From: Octopus sinensis
Lineage: Eukaryota
Reading direction: 5' to 3'
NCBI RefSeq assembly: GCF_006345805.1
Contig: NC_043003.1
Location: forward strand, 59,396,001 to 59,460,000
DNA length: 64,000 nt
In this document: positions 46,150-60,460 of the stretch, one piece after another
How the letters are laid out: each line of letters begins with the position of its first letter
Numbering within the stretch: position 1 is the first letter of the stretch
Position numbers and translations under genes: made by a program
The notes under the pieces: model-generated
Seen by the model: only the letters and a program-made list of their open reading frames with translations
Databases searched by the model: none
Told to the model about the DNA's origin: nothing

Positions 46150-46192
<43 letters not shown>

Positions 46193-46772
46193 GTTCATAT
46201 CTATACAATTATATATACCTATATTCATATATGCATGCAATATGTGTATAAATATGTATATGTATATATATATATATGTATATATATATATACACATATA
46301 TATATATGCATATATATGTGTATATACACACTCATATATACATATACATATATGTATATATATATTATATATAATTTACAAAGTTAGATGCACATTTGAT
46401 AGAGCGAGACAAGTTAGCTGGTGAGGTTTACGTAAATATGTATGTATGTGCCTATATATATGTATTTATGTATGTATGTATGTATGTATGTATGTATGTA
46501 TGTATGCATGCATGTATGTATGCATGTATGTATGTATGTATGTATGTATGTATGTATGTATGTATCTATCTATCTATCTAGCTATCTATCTAGCTATCTA
46601 TCCATCTGTATACACAGACACACACACACATACATATGTATATATATATCGATCTATCTACCCTTCTGCCTACCTATCTAACTAACATTCTACATATCAA
46701 CAGATAAGACTCTGTTTCTTCCTCAGTCATTCAATTCTTCCGTATGTATGTACAGATATGTATATCTGTATG

Positions 46773-46834
<62 letters not shown>

Positions 46835-46870
46835 CGTGTATATATATATACATACATACATATATTATAT

Positions 46871-46921
<51 letters not shown>

Positions 46922-47153
46922 TATATACATATCTGTGCTTGTATGGAAGTTGAGAAAGTTAGTTATATTTACAATTAACAGTTTTCTCAATGAAATTAAG
47001 CTTGGCTTGAAATAAAGAATCCAGATCCGACAGAGAGAGACACACATACAAAGGGAATGGGTTCACATGAAATCAAAATCAGGGAATGATATCTGTATAT
47101 ATATACATATACATACATATATATATATGTATGTATTATATATATATATATTC

Positions 47154-47214
<61 letters not shown>

Positions 47215-47247
47215 TATATATATAATATATGTAGATATAATAAGTAA

Positions 47248-47278
<31 letters not shown>

Positions 47279-47379
47279 GTAGATATAATATATGTATGTA
47301 TGTGTATATGTATATATATACATATATATATATATAATATATATATATATAAATATGTATACATGTATATATATATGTA

Positions 47380-47431
<52 letters not shown>

Positions 47432-47721
47432 TATATATATACGTATATACATATATATATACATATATACATATATACATATATATATATACGTATATAC
47501 AAATGGACAGACAGCGGCACACGGGTACGCACACATACACTGCAACACACAGATACTTCAGTACAACATGTTTATAGCGTAGTTCTATTTTTTCATACAA
47601 ATTTTTTTTGTGTGTCAGTCTGCCATTAAGATCACAATATGTGAGCTTGCAATTAGATAGATATCTTATATTTCTGATTGCTCATAAAGCCGTATGCTTG
47701 TTATATATATACATATATATA

Positions 47722-47753
<32 letters not shown>

Positions 47754-47892
47754 TTACTTATACAACTTTTTACAAACATATCAAAGAAGATGAAATAAAT
47801 AGGTGATATTTGTCACAACAATTGTACATTGTATTACGTTCACTACTGCTGACAAATCTCTCTAACCCTTGAGAATATATATATATATGCAA

Positions 47893-47950
<58 letters not shown>

Positions 47951-47962
47951 TAACTATGTATA

Positions 47963-48010
<48 letters not shown>

Positions 48011-49589
48011 CATAACTATGTATATGTATATATATATATGCATTCATCTAAGTATACGTATATATATATATATATACATGAAAATTTGTATCTATTCATG
48101 TGTGTATATGTGTATATATATATATGTATGCACTTCTATTTGTAAAGCTTAATACTAAAAAGCATGCTTACACACACATACACACATATACGCACAAATA
48201 TTGATAGCTACTATAGTCATATATATGCGTATATATATTTATGTATATATGTAATAGTCCACATACATACATATAGATACATATGCACCTATACATAGGG
48301 AAGTATTTATATTTGTATGTATTTATATATGTATGTGATGCATGCATCCATCAATCCATCTATCCATACATACATACATACATACATACATACATACATA
48401 CACATACATACATACATAAGCGATAATTTACATGAATACACATATATGCATGTGTCTATGTATGACTATAATTTCATACTATTTACTTTTCGCACTAATT
48501 CTTTAAGGCCATATGTTTTGATAATGAAACAGAAATAAAAGATTAATTTTTTATACAAAATTTTGTTCCGGTCTGCGTTGATAATTCTAAATATCATTAT
48601 AGTTTTTTAACATTTTCTTCAAAGAAACGATTACAGTTTAAAATTTATGCTCAAAAAATATTGTAGAAATAAAAATTATATATATATAAAACATATATAA
48701 GCGTATATTCGCAACACGTAAGCAAGGTAGTACAGTGTTCAAAATAAAATATTATGAGAATTGGAAACATGATTTTCAAATTTCATATCAAGTCATGGGT
48801 TGATTATATAAATTTAAAAATTTTAATTGCTTGATAGTATATATACACATAGATATAATATATATATATATATTCAGACACACACAGGCACACACTCACA
48901 AACACAACACACATACACACAACACACACTCACACTCACACACACACTCACACACACACACACATCTATATATCTATATATATATATACATAGCAATATA
49001 TAAATACTTCATGTATTGCTACATATATATTTATATATATATGTATATATAAATATGTATACATGCACACATGCATAATATATATATACCTACATATACA
49101 TACATACATACATATATGTGTGTATATATATATACATATATATATATATAATATATATATTATTATATATATAATATATGTATATGCATATATATATATA
49201 TGTATATATACACACACACACATCAGAGTTTGCATTCGTGCGTTACTACTAATATTCATAAAATAGATACATGGCGGGATTACTAGACACGTGAATCGTC
49301 GCATACAAAAATCATACATACATACATTTATATACATATGTATATATATGTATATACAACATATATTATATACATATGTATATATATATATATATATATA
49401 TAAGTATATGTATACATATATATATATGTATATTATATATATTATATATATATATATAATAATTATATACATGGTGTTTACTTACTCCTTATACAGAGTT
49501 GACCATCTCTTGTACTATCATATATACACTCATATACACAGCTATATATCAATGCATAGAAACACACTCACAAAATACGTTCTTTCTCT

Positions 49590-49642
<53 letters not shown>

Positions 49643-50039
49643 TCAAACATATGTCAAAATGTATCCATGCACTGAAATAATAGAGAATAATATAGATGCA
49701 CAAACAGACACTCATAAACTCATTCACGGGTGCATGTATATAAATATATTGTGATAGAAACATATAATATTCATAATAGATACATACATACATATATATG
49801 AATGAATATTTATATATATATATATATATATGTGTGTGTGGTGTGTGTGTGTGTGTGTGTGTGTGTGTGCATCTATTATAAATATATATACATATATATG
49901 TATATATATATATGTTTACATACACATACATATAATATATATGTATATATATATATATGTATACATATATATATACATATGTGTATACATATATGTACAT
50001 ATATATATATATATTATATGTATATATATATGTACATAT

Positions 50040-50088
<49 letters not shown>

Positions 50089-50267
50089 GCGTGTGTGTGT
50101 ATACATATATATATATGTATGTATATATATACATATATAAAATATATTTGTGCATTATAATATATATGTATATATGTATGCATATATATATACATACATT
50201 TATAATTGTTTGGTATAGAATACAATTATACTATATATATATGAATGTATATACATTATATATATAT

Positions 50268-50317
<50 letters not shown>

Positions 50318-50891
50318 GTGTGTGTGCGTAAATATATATATATATATGAATAAACATTTAAGAAGGCTCGAAATTTCATGTATATATATATATTATATAT
50401 ATATATATATGTGTGTGGTGTGTGTGTGTGTGTGTGTGTGTTGAGTGTTTGTGTGTTTATATATGTATGTCTTTATAACATTCTTTATAAATATGTTTGC
50501 ATAACTATTATTGTACATACACACACACATGAATGTTGTTTTAGCGTTTGTGCATATCTGTATATGTGTTTATGTATGAGTGTATACAATAACTATTATA
50601 ATTACGTCAATAGGTTTCACGGAATTTTTTTATATGAATTATTAGTAAAATACATAATTATTAATAACTTCAAGATTTGAATTTTAATTATAGTTCATCT
50701 CTCTCTCTCTCTCTCCTCTCTCTCTCATTCTCTTTCCCTCTCTCCACACACACAATTTATTATATTTATAAGTGTTTAGAAATATACATGCATACATGTA
50801 TATATATATATATATATACATATAGACATTTATAGACAAAGATATATATGTTAATATATATATATATATGCATATATATGTAGGTATGTAG

Positions 50892-50926
<35 letters not shown>

Positions 50927-52101
50927 TATATACCTTTGTATTTATGTATATATACATATGTATGTATGTGTATGTATGTATATGTATATGCTCTGACAAG
51001 TACATATGTATGAACATATGTATATATACATACAAATATAACAAAATATATACTTATATGTAAACACATATATATATATTTCAATATATAGGTACACACC
51101 TACATAAATATATATATATATATACATGCTTGTTAGTGTGTATGTTTGTTTGTGTGCTGTTGGCTGTGTATATAGATATATGTGTGTCTATACATTTATA
51201 TATACATGTACTAGGATATACATACGTATATATAATATACATATAGTTCCATATATACATACATGTATATGTACATACACACAAAATACAGACAGACACA
51301 TACACACACACGAGCACATACACACACACAAGCACACACACACGAGCACATACACACACACAAGCACACACACACATACACTCAGATACACACACATATA
51401 TGTATATATATATATAAACATATCCCACATCATATCTTTGTTGATATAATGACTGTAGAGTTTCCAGTTTTAACACACTTCTCTCACCATTGAATTCTTA
51501 TATAATGGCCTTCATCTATTATATAAGAAGAGTATGATTGAAACACTACTAATACAAAATTCGAATGAAGTGCTATTATGAAAATCCCATGTCTTTAACT
51601 GAATCATAATATGCGTTTTTTAATTTTATTTTTACTTTCTGCTAACTAATGAAATTTAGCCTTATAATTTATATTTTTCAAATATAAAAAGAATATTATC
51701 CACGACACACGAACACACACGCACGCACAAATGTATGTGTGTATGTATTACTCTTTTACTCTTTTGCTTGTTTCAGTCATTTGACTGCGGTCATGCTGGA
51801 GCACCGCCTGTAATCGAGCAACTCGACCCCGGGACTTATTCTTTTGTAAGCCCAGTACTTATTCTATCGGTCTCTTTTGCCGAACCGCTAAGTGACGGGG
51901 ACGTAAACACACCAGCATTGGTTGTCAAGCTAGGGGGACAAACACAGACACACAAACACACACACATACATATATACATATATATACATATATAAGACAC
52001 TTGCCCAAGATGCCACGCAGTGGGACTGAACCCGGAACCATATGGTTGGTAAGCAAGCTACTTACCACACAGCCACTCCTGCGCCTATGTGTGTATGTAT
52101 G

Positions 52102-52136
<35 letters not shown>

Positions 52137-52154
52137 GTTCACACATTTTTCATA

Positions 52155-52198
<44 letters not shown>

Positions 52199-52552
52199 GT
52201 GTATGCATATATATGTACGTGTATTAAATAGTACACCATTCAACAATAACCATCATTGATATTCTGAAGTATAATTCATATTTATTTAACACGTGTTCTA
52301 TATTTATTTTAAATAAAATTAACAGCCATATCATAGTGCCGAAGTTTCTTATATTATAATTACCATATCAGCTTCTTTTCAATTTTGAAAACTAAAGCAT
52401 ATTGTAATCATTTGCTTTTATATAGAGGCTACATGATCATGAAATTCTATGTTCAAAACATCATAATCACATATATAATATCTGAAATTGAAATATACAA
52501 GAGCATCTACATTTATCTATCTATCTATCTTTCTATCTCTATTTGTCTCTCC

Positions 52553-52598
<46 letters not shown>

Positions 52599-52922
52599 TC
52601 CCTACAATCGCATACATACTTAAAAGTACAATATATTTCTGCATTCGTGTAGCTTTTGTGTGCATACTGAGCGTTCAGACTGAGATATGCGCTCTAATAT
52701 ACATACATACATATAAACATGCATACATACTTACATGAATAAGTTTATATATGTGTATATATATAAGGATATAAGGATATATATACATATATGTGTATAT
52801 ATATATATAGATAGATAGATATAGATAAAGATATAGATATATAGGTATGCTTACATGTGTTTACATATAAATAGAAATATATGCATATATATATATATAT
52901 ATCTCATTTAGAGAATTATTAT

Positions 52923-52961
<39 letters not shown>

Positions 52962-53262
52962 CACATACATACATACATACACACGTATATGTGTATGGTT
53001 GTGTCAGAGTTATGCAATTGCGCATCTCTGAAAGTATGTAATTTATAACATATATACGCATGCATATATGTCCATCCATATACACACATATATGATTGCG
53101 AATAAATACTTATTTCATTGGAAGCTAATGGAAAGTCACTTATGTTAAACTATGTACATCAAAGATACAAATCATTATTTTATTCATTCATTAAGCATCT
53201 GTTTCAAGTCTAATAATTTTTTTATCCTATTAAATATAAATAGCATTATATATATACATATG

Positions 53263-53322
<60 letters not shown>

Positions 53323-53938
53323 TATATATATAAACGTGTGTTTGTGTGTGTGTCTATATCATATTCATGCACGTTTGTGTTTGCTGTTGCGTGCGTGTGT
53401 GAGTATTGTCATGAAAATATGGACGCATTTGATTCTGTAGATAAGTTGATAAATGCGTGTATTACACGAAACACACACACACACACACACATATATGTGT
53501 TCGTGTGTTCTTCTGTGTATGTGTGTGTGTGTGCATGTACGTCTGCGTGTGTGTGTGAATGCCTGTGCGGCCGCGTGTTTCGATGTATGTATGTGAGAAT
53601 GCGCGTTCAGTTGCATGTGTCTGTTTCTATGATTATATATACGCACACGCAATTTCACACATAGTGATAAAAAGCAAAATATACAGGCACTTTTGTATAT
53701 ACGTACATATGCATACTTTTAGGTGTGATTGGTTGAGTGTGTATGCGTGTTCACTATCTAGTTATATCCTATGATTTGCGACCTAATCATAAATAACATG
53801 CAAAGAAATGCGAAACCTAAAATTATATATATATATATAAAATGATATATATATATTATATATATATACATATATGTATATATATATGCATATATGTATG
53901 TATATATATATGCATATATATATATATGTATATGTACG

Positions 53939-53970
<32 letters not shown>

Positions 53971-54272
53971 TGCATATCCCTATATATTCGTTAATATATA
54001 CCTGAATGTGTTCTGTGTGCATCTAGAGTATTTCTCCATACGGAGGTCATTTTCATTTGAGATATTCACATTATGGGATGACAGATCAAATAGAATAATC
54101 ATTAACTTCGGAAATGCATTCTATTACGGTGGTACTTCAGGACTCATTAGACTAGACCAAATAGAATTACATATACATATATATATATGTATATATGTAT
54201 ATATATACATATGTATATATGTATATATATATAAGCACATATACACACACACACACATATATATATATATAT

Positions 54273-54303
<31 letters not shown>

Positions 54304-54324
54304 ATGTGTTGTGTGTGTGTGTGG

Positions 54325-54355
<31 letters not shown>

Positions 54356-54390
54356 TCTATGTACTCATATGCGTATATATACATACATAT
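45920..54390. repeat. Extended low-complexity block: (TCTA)n, (TATG)n, (TA)n, (CA/TG)n, (CT)n with short unique islands
   Basis: Direct reading; explains the many IY/CV/TH ORFs. Confidence 0.95.
51749..52086 (-). mobile_element. tRNA-derived SINE (family A)
   Basis: Reverse complement of the 30308 family; head ...cacacagccactcctgcgcc. Confidence 0.9.
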
Positions 54391-54806
54391 AGTATATAAA
54401 GACAGCTACCATATTCAAGGAAGGTGAACTTGCGTGACAAATGGTGAAATTTGGACATAAAAATTACGTTCTGCGTCTACTGCATTAGTGCAATCAGAGC
54501 TTTGATTAGGAGAGGAACATAACATAGTTTTTGATGACAATCATCCATATTATCCTACATCTATGTTAACGACTAGTTAGTTAATTCTGACATCGACAGA
54601 TGATGGGAGTGTAAACTGTAATAAGTAGTGGAAATATTGTACATAAAAGCAGATGCATATTTACGTGAACGGATGAAATGTAGTTGAAAGGTCTTCGTAG
54701 AACATTGGGTACACGAAAAAAAAATCTTCCTTTTCTCCAAACACATTCTCATTCTTTTCCTCGCTTCCTCTCTCTTTGTGGTATGTGTATGTGTATACGT
54801 AAGTGT

Positions 54807-54846
<40 letters not shown>

Positions 54847-55639
54847 GTCTTTGTGTGTGTATCAATATACACATACATATCTTCATTCAGCAATACATAT
54901 AAAGGAAGTCATGCGTTTATGGTATACATTATATAGGTATGTCTGTGAGTATAAATTATGTATATGTGTGTATATATATATTTATATGTATATATGTATA
55001 TGTATAAATATATACCTATACATATATATGTACATACATAACTACATAATATAAAGGCGCTTGGCGTATTTGTTAGGGTGCTGCGGTTTCGATTACAATG
55101 CAGCTTCGATTCTCAGACCGGTTGTTACATTATGTTCCTTTCGCGTAGTTTTGCGATCATTTCGTCATCTGACATGCGGTACGTTGTTTACCTGTACAGG
55201 TAATGTTAAATTTCATGGTCGAAATGGGCTTATGCGTATCTAAATATTTGATCTCTATAAACAAATATTCTATGTAGTTGTTCATGAAGAAATTGCAGAG
55301 CCCTCTAACGGCGGTAGATTCTATGAGGTATATATATATATATATATATATATACAGAGAGAGAGAGAGAGAAGAGAGAGAGAAAGAGAGAGAGAAGAAA
55401 AGAGAGAGAGAGAAAGAGAGAGAGAAAAGTGGGGTGATTTATATATATATATATATATATTATATAATATATATATATATAATATATATATATATATAAT
55501 TATTTTCACTCTTTTATGCGTTTCAGCTCCGGGGTTCTGGCTGTGCTGGTGCACCGCCTGTATTCTTACTTTATAAATGTTCATTTTCTTTGTAATTTGC
55601 TGTTGGTGACGGTCGGACCGTAATATTGTTGCCCTCTTT

Positions 55640-56400
55640 TCTGTTTTTTGCTGTGATGTAGAACTCTCAGATGTTTTGGTTAAATATCAAACATCTTTGG
55701 ATCTTTGCATACATGAACCTCACTCGAGACGGGATGGCTTGGAACTTCCATTTCTGGAGCTATTATAGTTAGGTGTCAATCCCTTCAGGGTCTTCTATTC
55801 GTATATCTATGCCGCCTTCATTCCAGTGAGCAGAGTTGAAATGTTTTCAATATCTCCCAATATCTCAGCAGTACCTGTTGTAGCACCGCAGAGCTGCCTC
55901 AAGGTCCGCTATTAATTTGACACTGTTGGGTAACCACAATTCAGAGCAGCGGTGTAGACGTCTGACGACAAATTATCTCCGTAGAACCAACATTGTTTCC
56001 TGGTCTCTTACTGAAATTTCTCAGGATTCAACAGACTATTCGCTTGCACATCAAATGATATGCACATCAAACGAGGCGTTGTTCCTCATATCAATCCACA
56101 GATCACGCACTGTACTTGACCGTAGGGTTGCTGCCCCTCATGGACCAAAGCGTTTTTGTTGCAGTACGTTAGCACAAGATCGCTGATAGTAAGATGGCTG
56201 ATAGCAAACATTAGCATCGGAATGTTCTCTGAATTCTACTTCTTTTGTGACGTACGTACGAGTAGTAAGAGTGGCTACATGTGGAACTGATGGCATGTCC
56301 GAACGAACCATCATGGATAGCAGCAGCCCCACTCGCTATTACTGGCTCTTTGGATAGGGCACAATTGGCTGCTACAGCCTGGTTTCTGGGTATTATGAAG
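55640..56400 (-). mobile_element. Old CR1/L2-type LINE RT remnant
   Basis: SDMPSVPHVATLT (decayed YADD region), VRDLWIDMRNNASFDVHI, ETMLVL..RLHRCSELWLPNSVKLIADLEA. Confidence 0.75.
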
Positions 56401-56719
56401 TCGTGTGTTCATATATGTTCATATATTTTGTTTTCCTCAATTTGGAATCCGACGAGAACTTTCCATTTTTAGTTACCTATGCCAGTGCGTCCGTGTACTC
56501 GAATCGTTATACACATATGTATGTATGTATGTTATGTATGTATGTATGTATGTATGTATGTATGTATGTATGTATGTATGTATGTATGTATGTATGTATG
56601 TACGTGTATGTATGTATGAGCTGAAACACATAAAATGTATGTATGTAGGTATGTGTATGTATGTATGGATGGATGGATGTATAATATGTATGTCAGGTCA
56701 CTTGTGAATCCCTCATGAG

Positions 56720-57650
56720 TACTATTGGTAACTTGGAACCCAATATAACTTGCTGAATGTTCGGCTTCTCAGCCTTTAAACCGGAACCTCCACCATGCTA
56801 TCCTGGTGAGGAGGGCTGCTAGAAAACCAGTAGGACTAAAAATAAGACCTGTTAAAAGGCCGGAAGAACCCAGTACAGGTTTAACGACTATCTAGCAACA
56901 GCAAGGGCATGCAGAAATTCCGGAAAGGTGTCCACCGTACTGGAAGACCAATGGGAGTGAAGCACTCCTGAGCTCTTGTTGAACCATTCTCTAGGAGAAG
57001 GTTACTGTGATATGGAACCAGATATGCGGGGAATGGCAATGGACATTTTGGGGATCTTTTGCTAAAGTGATACTAGTTTTCTGGTTAGAATTTTCTCCTC
57101 GTCGAGTAGCTTATGACACTCAAAAATTTAATCAGTTATGAATAGTCATACAGGGTCCCTATCTACGATAATTAACTCTGAAGTAACAGTCTCAGAAACT
57201 TCGCTGTCCTCAAATAAAGGAGTTTTCACTATATGTTCTACGCTCATATTAATCCCAATTTCTCCAACAAATTTCTCGAACCTGGATGTTAATGCTTCCA
57301 GGGCTCTACAACTACGAGGATGACAGTTATTTTCTTCATTGGTCACATTTGTGCAATCTGAATTTTAGTGACTTCCCAATAGCCCCATCAAAATCTGCAG
57401 CGTACAGTAGTAACATTAGCTGCAGCGAAGAAATTCATATCATCTGCAGAATCACAGGCATCAATAAGAGTAGTAACAGTACCAACAGCAGCAGCAAACA
57501 GAAAAGTTCGCAGCTGCAGTGTGACTAGAACACGGTCAGCAGTAACATCACCATCAATGATAGGAAGGAGAGCAACAGGAAAACAACATCCACACAAACA
57601 GAACCAACATCTGCCTCGTAGGAAGCCCCCCATTAACTTCTCTCTTAATC
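56720..57650 (-). mobile_element. Possible LINE ORF1 remnant, same orientation as the adjacent RT remnant
   Basis: Decayed frames with CTNVTNEE..CH..C and LLENGSTRAQEC, loosely resembling PHD/CCCH ORF1 motifs. Confidence 0.35.
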
Positions 57651-57709
57651 TCACTCTTCACTTCTCTTTCAAAGTAAAAACATAACATAACTTCATGCCT
57701 ACATCAATA

Positions 57710-57871
57710 GGCGCAGGAGCGGCTGTGTGGTCAGTAGCTTGCTTACCAACCACATGGTTCCAGGTTCAGTCCCAATGCATAGCAGCTTGTGCAAGTGTTT
57801 TCGACAATAGCCGCTGGCCGACCAAAGCCTTGTCAGTGGATTTGGTAGGCGTTAACAGAAAGAAATCCATC

Positions 57872-57916
<45 letters not shown>

Positions 57917-58152
57917 CATACATACATATATGTATGTGTGGGTATATGTTTGTGTGTCTGTGTTTGTTCCCACAACATCGCTTGACAACCGATGCTGGTG
58001 TGTTTATGTCCCCATAACTTAACGGTTCGGCAAAAAGTGGACGATAGAATAAGTACTAGGCTAACAAAGAATAAGATCTGGGGTCGATTTGCTCGACCAA
58101 ATTCGGTGCTCCACCATGGCCGCAGTCAACTGACTGAAACAAGTAAAAGAAT
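57710..58152 (+). mobile_element. tRNA-derived SINE (family A), full length
   Basis: ggcgcaggagcggctgtgtgg head to gactgaaacaagtaaaagaa tail. Confidence 0.9.
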
Positions 58153-58330
58153 AACAGAATTTTTTTAAAATATCAAACAGCATAGGATCTTTCAGATGTG
58201 GAAATCTCTGTTTGTTTTTTTTGTTTTTTAAGGCAGCGGCAGAAGCAGAAGGAAAAAAATTTAAAAGATTTATAATTAACATTATTTACATTATTTACAT
58301 TTGACGGATATTTGTGCTCATCTTGTTGTT

Positions 58331-58376
58331 AAGACAACGTTTCGGCTGATGTACCCCCCAGGCTTCATCAGGTGTC
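58331..58376 (-). ncRNA. Minimal type I hammerhead motif, core intact
   Basis: gacac CTGATGA a gcctg-gggggtacat-cagcc GAAAC GTT gtctt; one mismatch each in stems I and II. Confidence 0.6.
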
Positions 58377-58433
58377 TTCGGGAAATTTTGAACCTGGGTT
58401 CTCATTCCTAAGGTATTCTTGTTGTTGTTGTTG

Positions 58434-58487
<54 letters not shown>

Positions 58488-58488
<1 letters not shown>

Positions 58489-58555
58489 GGTCACTGTCTG
58501 GAATCGAACTAGGAATGTTGGCGTTTAGTAGCCTGCGCTCTTAACCACTACGCCA
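58488..58555 (-). other. tRNA-like Pol III head (SINE-type, not a functional tRNA)
   Basis: A box TGGCGTAGTGG (58555-58545), B box GTTCGATTCC (58509-58500). Confidence 0.75.
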
Positions 58556-58560
58556 CGGGC

Positions 58561-58626
58561 AGATGGCGTAGTGGTTAAGAGCGCGAACTACTAACCCCAA
58601 CAATCCGAGTTCGATTCCAGACAGTG

Positions 58627-58629
<3 letters not shown>
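58561..58629 (+). other. tRNA-like Pol III head (SINE-type, not a functional tRNA)
   Basis: A box TGGCGTAGTGG (58564-58574), loop CTACTAA, B box GTTCGATTCC (58609-58618); no intact acceptor stem. Confidence 0.75.
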
Positions 58630-58682
<53 letters not shown>

Positions 58683-58702
58683 TTTCTTATTTCTTTATTG
58701 CT

Positions 58703-59261
58703 CACAAGGGGCTAAACACAGAGGGGACAAACAAGAACAGACAAAGGGATTAAGTCGATTACATCGACCCCGGTGCGTAACTGGTACTTATTTAATCGAC
58801 CCCGAAAGGATGAAAGGCAAATTCGACCCCGGCAGAATTTGAACTCAGAACGTAACGGCCGACGAAATACCTATTTATTTATTACCCACAAGGGGCTAAA
58901 CACAGAGGGGACAAACAAGGACAGACGTAGGTATTAAGTCGATTACATCGACCCCAATGCATAACTGGTACTTATTTAATCGACCCCGAAAGGATGAAAG
59001 GCAAATTCGACCTCGGCAGAATTTGAACTCAGAACGTAACGGCCGACGAAATACCTATTTATTTATTACCCACAAGGGGCTAAACACAGAGGGGACAAAC
59101 AAGGACAGACGTAGGTATTAAGTCGATTACATCGACCCCAATGCATAACTGGTACTTAATTTATCGACCCCGAAAGGATGAAAGGCAAAGTCGACCTCGG
59201 CGGAATTTGAACTCACAACGTAACGCAGACGAAATACCGCAAAGCATTTCGCCCGGCGTGC
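58703..59261 (-). mobile_element. Head-to-tail trimer of SINE family B, 184-bp period, inserted in (AAT)n
   Basis: Units start at 58703, 58887 and 59071. Confidence 0.92.
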
Positions 59262-59324
<63 letters not shown>

Positions 59325-59379
59325 TAATAATATCAAAAAACACCTTAGGAATGAGAACCCAGGTTCAAAATTTCCCGAA

Positions 59380-59425
59380 GATACCTGATGAAGGCCGGAG
59401 GGTATGTCAGCCGAAACTTTGTGTT
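59380..59425 (+). ncRNA. Minimal type I hammerhead motif, cleavage-site G mutated to T
   Basis: gatac CTGATGA a ggccg-gagggtatgt-cagcc GAAAC TTT gtgtt. Confidence 0.5.
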
Positions 59426-59825
59426 AGCAACAAGATGAGGACAAATATCCGTCAAATATAAATAATGTAAACAATGTAAATGTACAAAATTCCTCATCGC
59501 TTAAATATAGAACTATATTAACAACAATTATGCTGATGATTCGGCAAAATAAAGCAGCAGCTAAGTTCCTCATCTCTTAAATATAGAACTGTGTTTTTAA
59601 TTAAGTTGCACCGGCTTTAAACTGACAGCATTATCAGGACAGCATCCTTCCTGGATTGATTAAATAAGGTACTAGCCAAGTTCTGTGGTCGATGAAGTTC
59701 ACTAAATCGCTCCTATAAAAAACTGTTGGCCTTGTGCAAAATTGGAAACCATCACCACGACCACCACCGCTGTCAACGTCGACATCATAATCGTCGTACT
59801 CATATAACTGTCATTGTTGTCTTTG

Positions 59826-59864
<39 letters not shown>

Positions 59865-60088
59865 AGGCAGCGAGCGCTCTGGATAGTTATTGCCTTGGAA
59901 AAAGTCTCTTACCCTACTTTTGTTTTTCCAGTTCATATCCTTCAGCTTTTGTCACTCATAACTACGGGTTCGGTAAAATAATGTATTCAATAAGTACTTG
60001 GTTTTAGGGTATTGAATAATATCTTCACTCAGTTTGCTGTCCTTGTGCTTATATTAGAAACCATTATGATTGTTAGTAGTAAAAAAGC

Positions 60089-60460
60089 AGTGGCAGAATC
60101 ATTAACACGCTTAACGGCATTTCTCCCGTTGCTCCGTTCTGAGTTCAAATTCTGCCAAGGTCGACTTTGCCTTTCATCGTTTCTGGGTCGATAAATTGGG
60201 TATCAGTGAAGCACAGATATCGAAGTAATCGACTGGCCCCATCCCACAAAATATCAGGCCTTGTGTCTATATGTCTATAGTAGAAAGGATTATCGTTATT
60301 ATTAAAGGTGGCGTGCAAGCAGAACCGTTAGCACGCCGGACGAAATTTTTAGTGGTACTTCGTCTGCCGCTACGTTCTGAGTTCAAATTCCGCCGAGGAT
60401 GACTTTACCTTTCATGCTTTCCGAGTCGATAAAATAAGTACTCGTTGAGTATTGGGGTGG
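60089..60460 (+). mobile_element. Two SINE family B copies; an older copy begins at about 59864
   Basis: gcagaa.c.ttagcacgc..., gttctgagttcaaattc.gcc.agg, gactttgcctttcat. Confidence 0.85.

Larger units (their letters stand above)
58279..59515. mobile_element. Palindromic composite: two divergent tRNA-like heads, each followed by (AAT)n and a hammerhead-bearing Penelope-like tail; right arm interrupted by a SINE trimer
   Basis: Tail 58279-58420 is the reverse complement of 59335-59475; head 58488-58555 is the reverse complement of 58564-58629. Confidence 0.85.

Noticed and set aside
58561-58629. Functional tRNA gene (anticodon ACT)
   Set aside because: Acceptor and anticodon stems are broken; it is part of a repeat palindrome
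58703-59261. CRISPR-like array
   Set aside because: Eukaryotic SINE units with no unique spacers and no cas genes
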